From Octopus sinensis (lineage: Eukaryota): a stretch of 64,000 nucleotides of DNA. Shown here one piece after another: positions 63,655-64,000 of the stretch (positions are counted from its first letter, which is position 1; each line of letters opens with the position of its first letter). The translations under genes and the position numbers were made by a program. The stretch is taken from assembly GCF_006345805.1 (NCBI RefSeq), contig NC_043004.1:91078001-91142000 (forward strand), written 5' to 3'. The notes beneath the pieces were generated by a model that worked only from the letters and a program-made list of their open reading frames with translations, ran no database searches and had not been told where the DNA came from.

Positions 63655-63838
63655 AGGAACAAGGGGTAAAAATGAATGAAAAAAAAAATCAACGTCAGTA
63701 CTTGACTGATTCTTTATTTTATCGACTCTGGATGGATGAAAGACAAAGTTGACAGCAGCAAGATTTGAACTCAGAACATAAAATTCTATGAAGCTAAATG
63801 ACGTCAGGTATTTTACCCGATGCACCAACGATTCTTCC
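63655..63838 (-). mobile_element. SINE family D (decayed)
   Basis: AGTACTTGACTG...TTTATCGAC...GGATGAAAGACAAAGTTGAC...TTTGAACTCAGAAC. Confidence 0.7.
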
Positions 63839-64000
63839 ATCTATACATATATGCTTACACTTAGGTAGCAATACACACATACATAAACGATATTCCATAC
63901 ATGATGAAAGTCGGCTCATGATCGAGTAACAAGGGATACAATACATACACATGAAAATATGGGGAACCAGTTGATCAATTGATTACAAAACAAATGAGAA

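Overview
AT-rich, microsatellite-dense animal DNA. The SINE families and repeat landscape look like a cephalopod (Octopus); this is my recognition, not a database result. I can support only one host-gene exon: a minus-strand LIM-domain exon at 61946-62121 with a GTAAGT donor. The other ~62 kb is probably intron (or intron plus intergenic) packed with transposon debris. That debris comprises a near-full-length decayed RTE LINE with an internal PHD finger and many 3'-end copies, four tRNA-derived SINE families, Tc1/mariner, hAT and piggyBac-type elements, Helitrons, a CR1 3' end, and two Penelope-like (PLE) coding remnants. The most striking signal is about 17 minimal type I hammerhead-ribozyme motifs from several families, mostly beside (TA)n tracts and often inside foldback palindromes. 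They include all three compensatory versions of the catalytic-core 3-8 base pair (C-G, G-C, U-A) and a tandem pair 354 nt apart that resembles a retrozyme. Almost all ORF-track entries are microsatellite or SINE artefacts. Terminal coordinates of decayed repeats are approximate (+/-10-20 nt).
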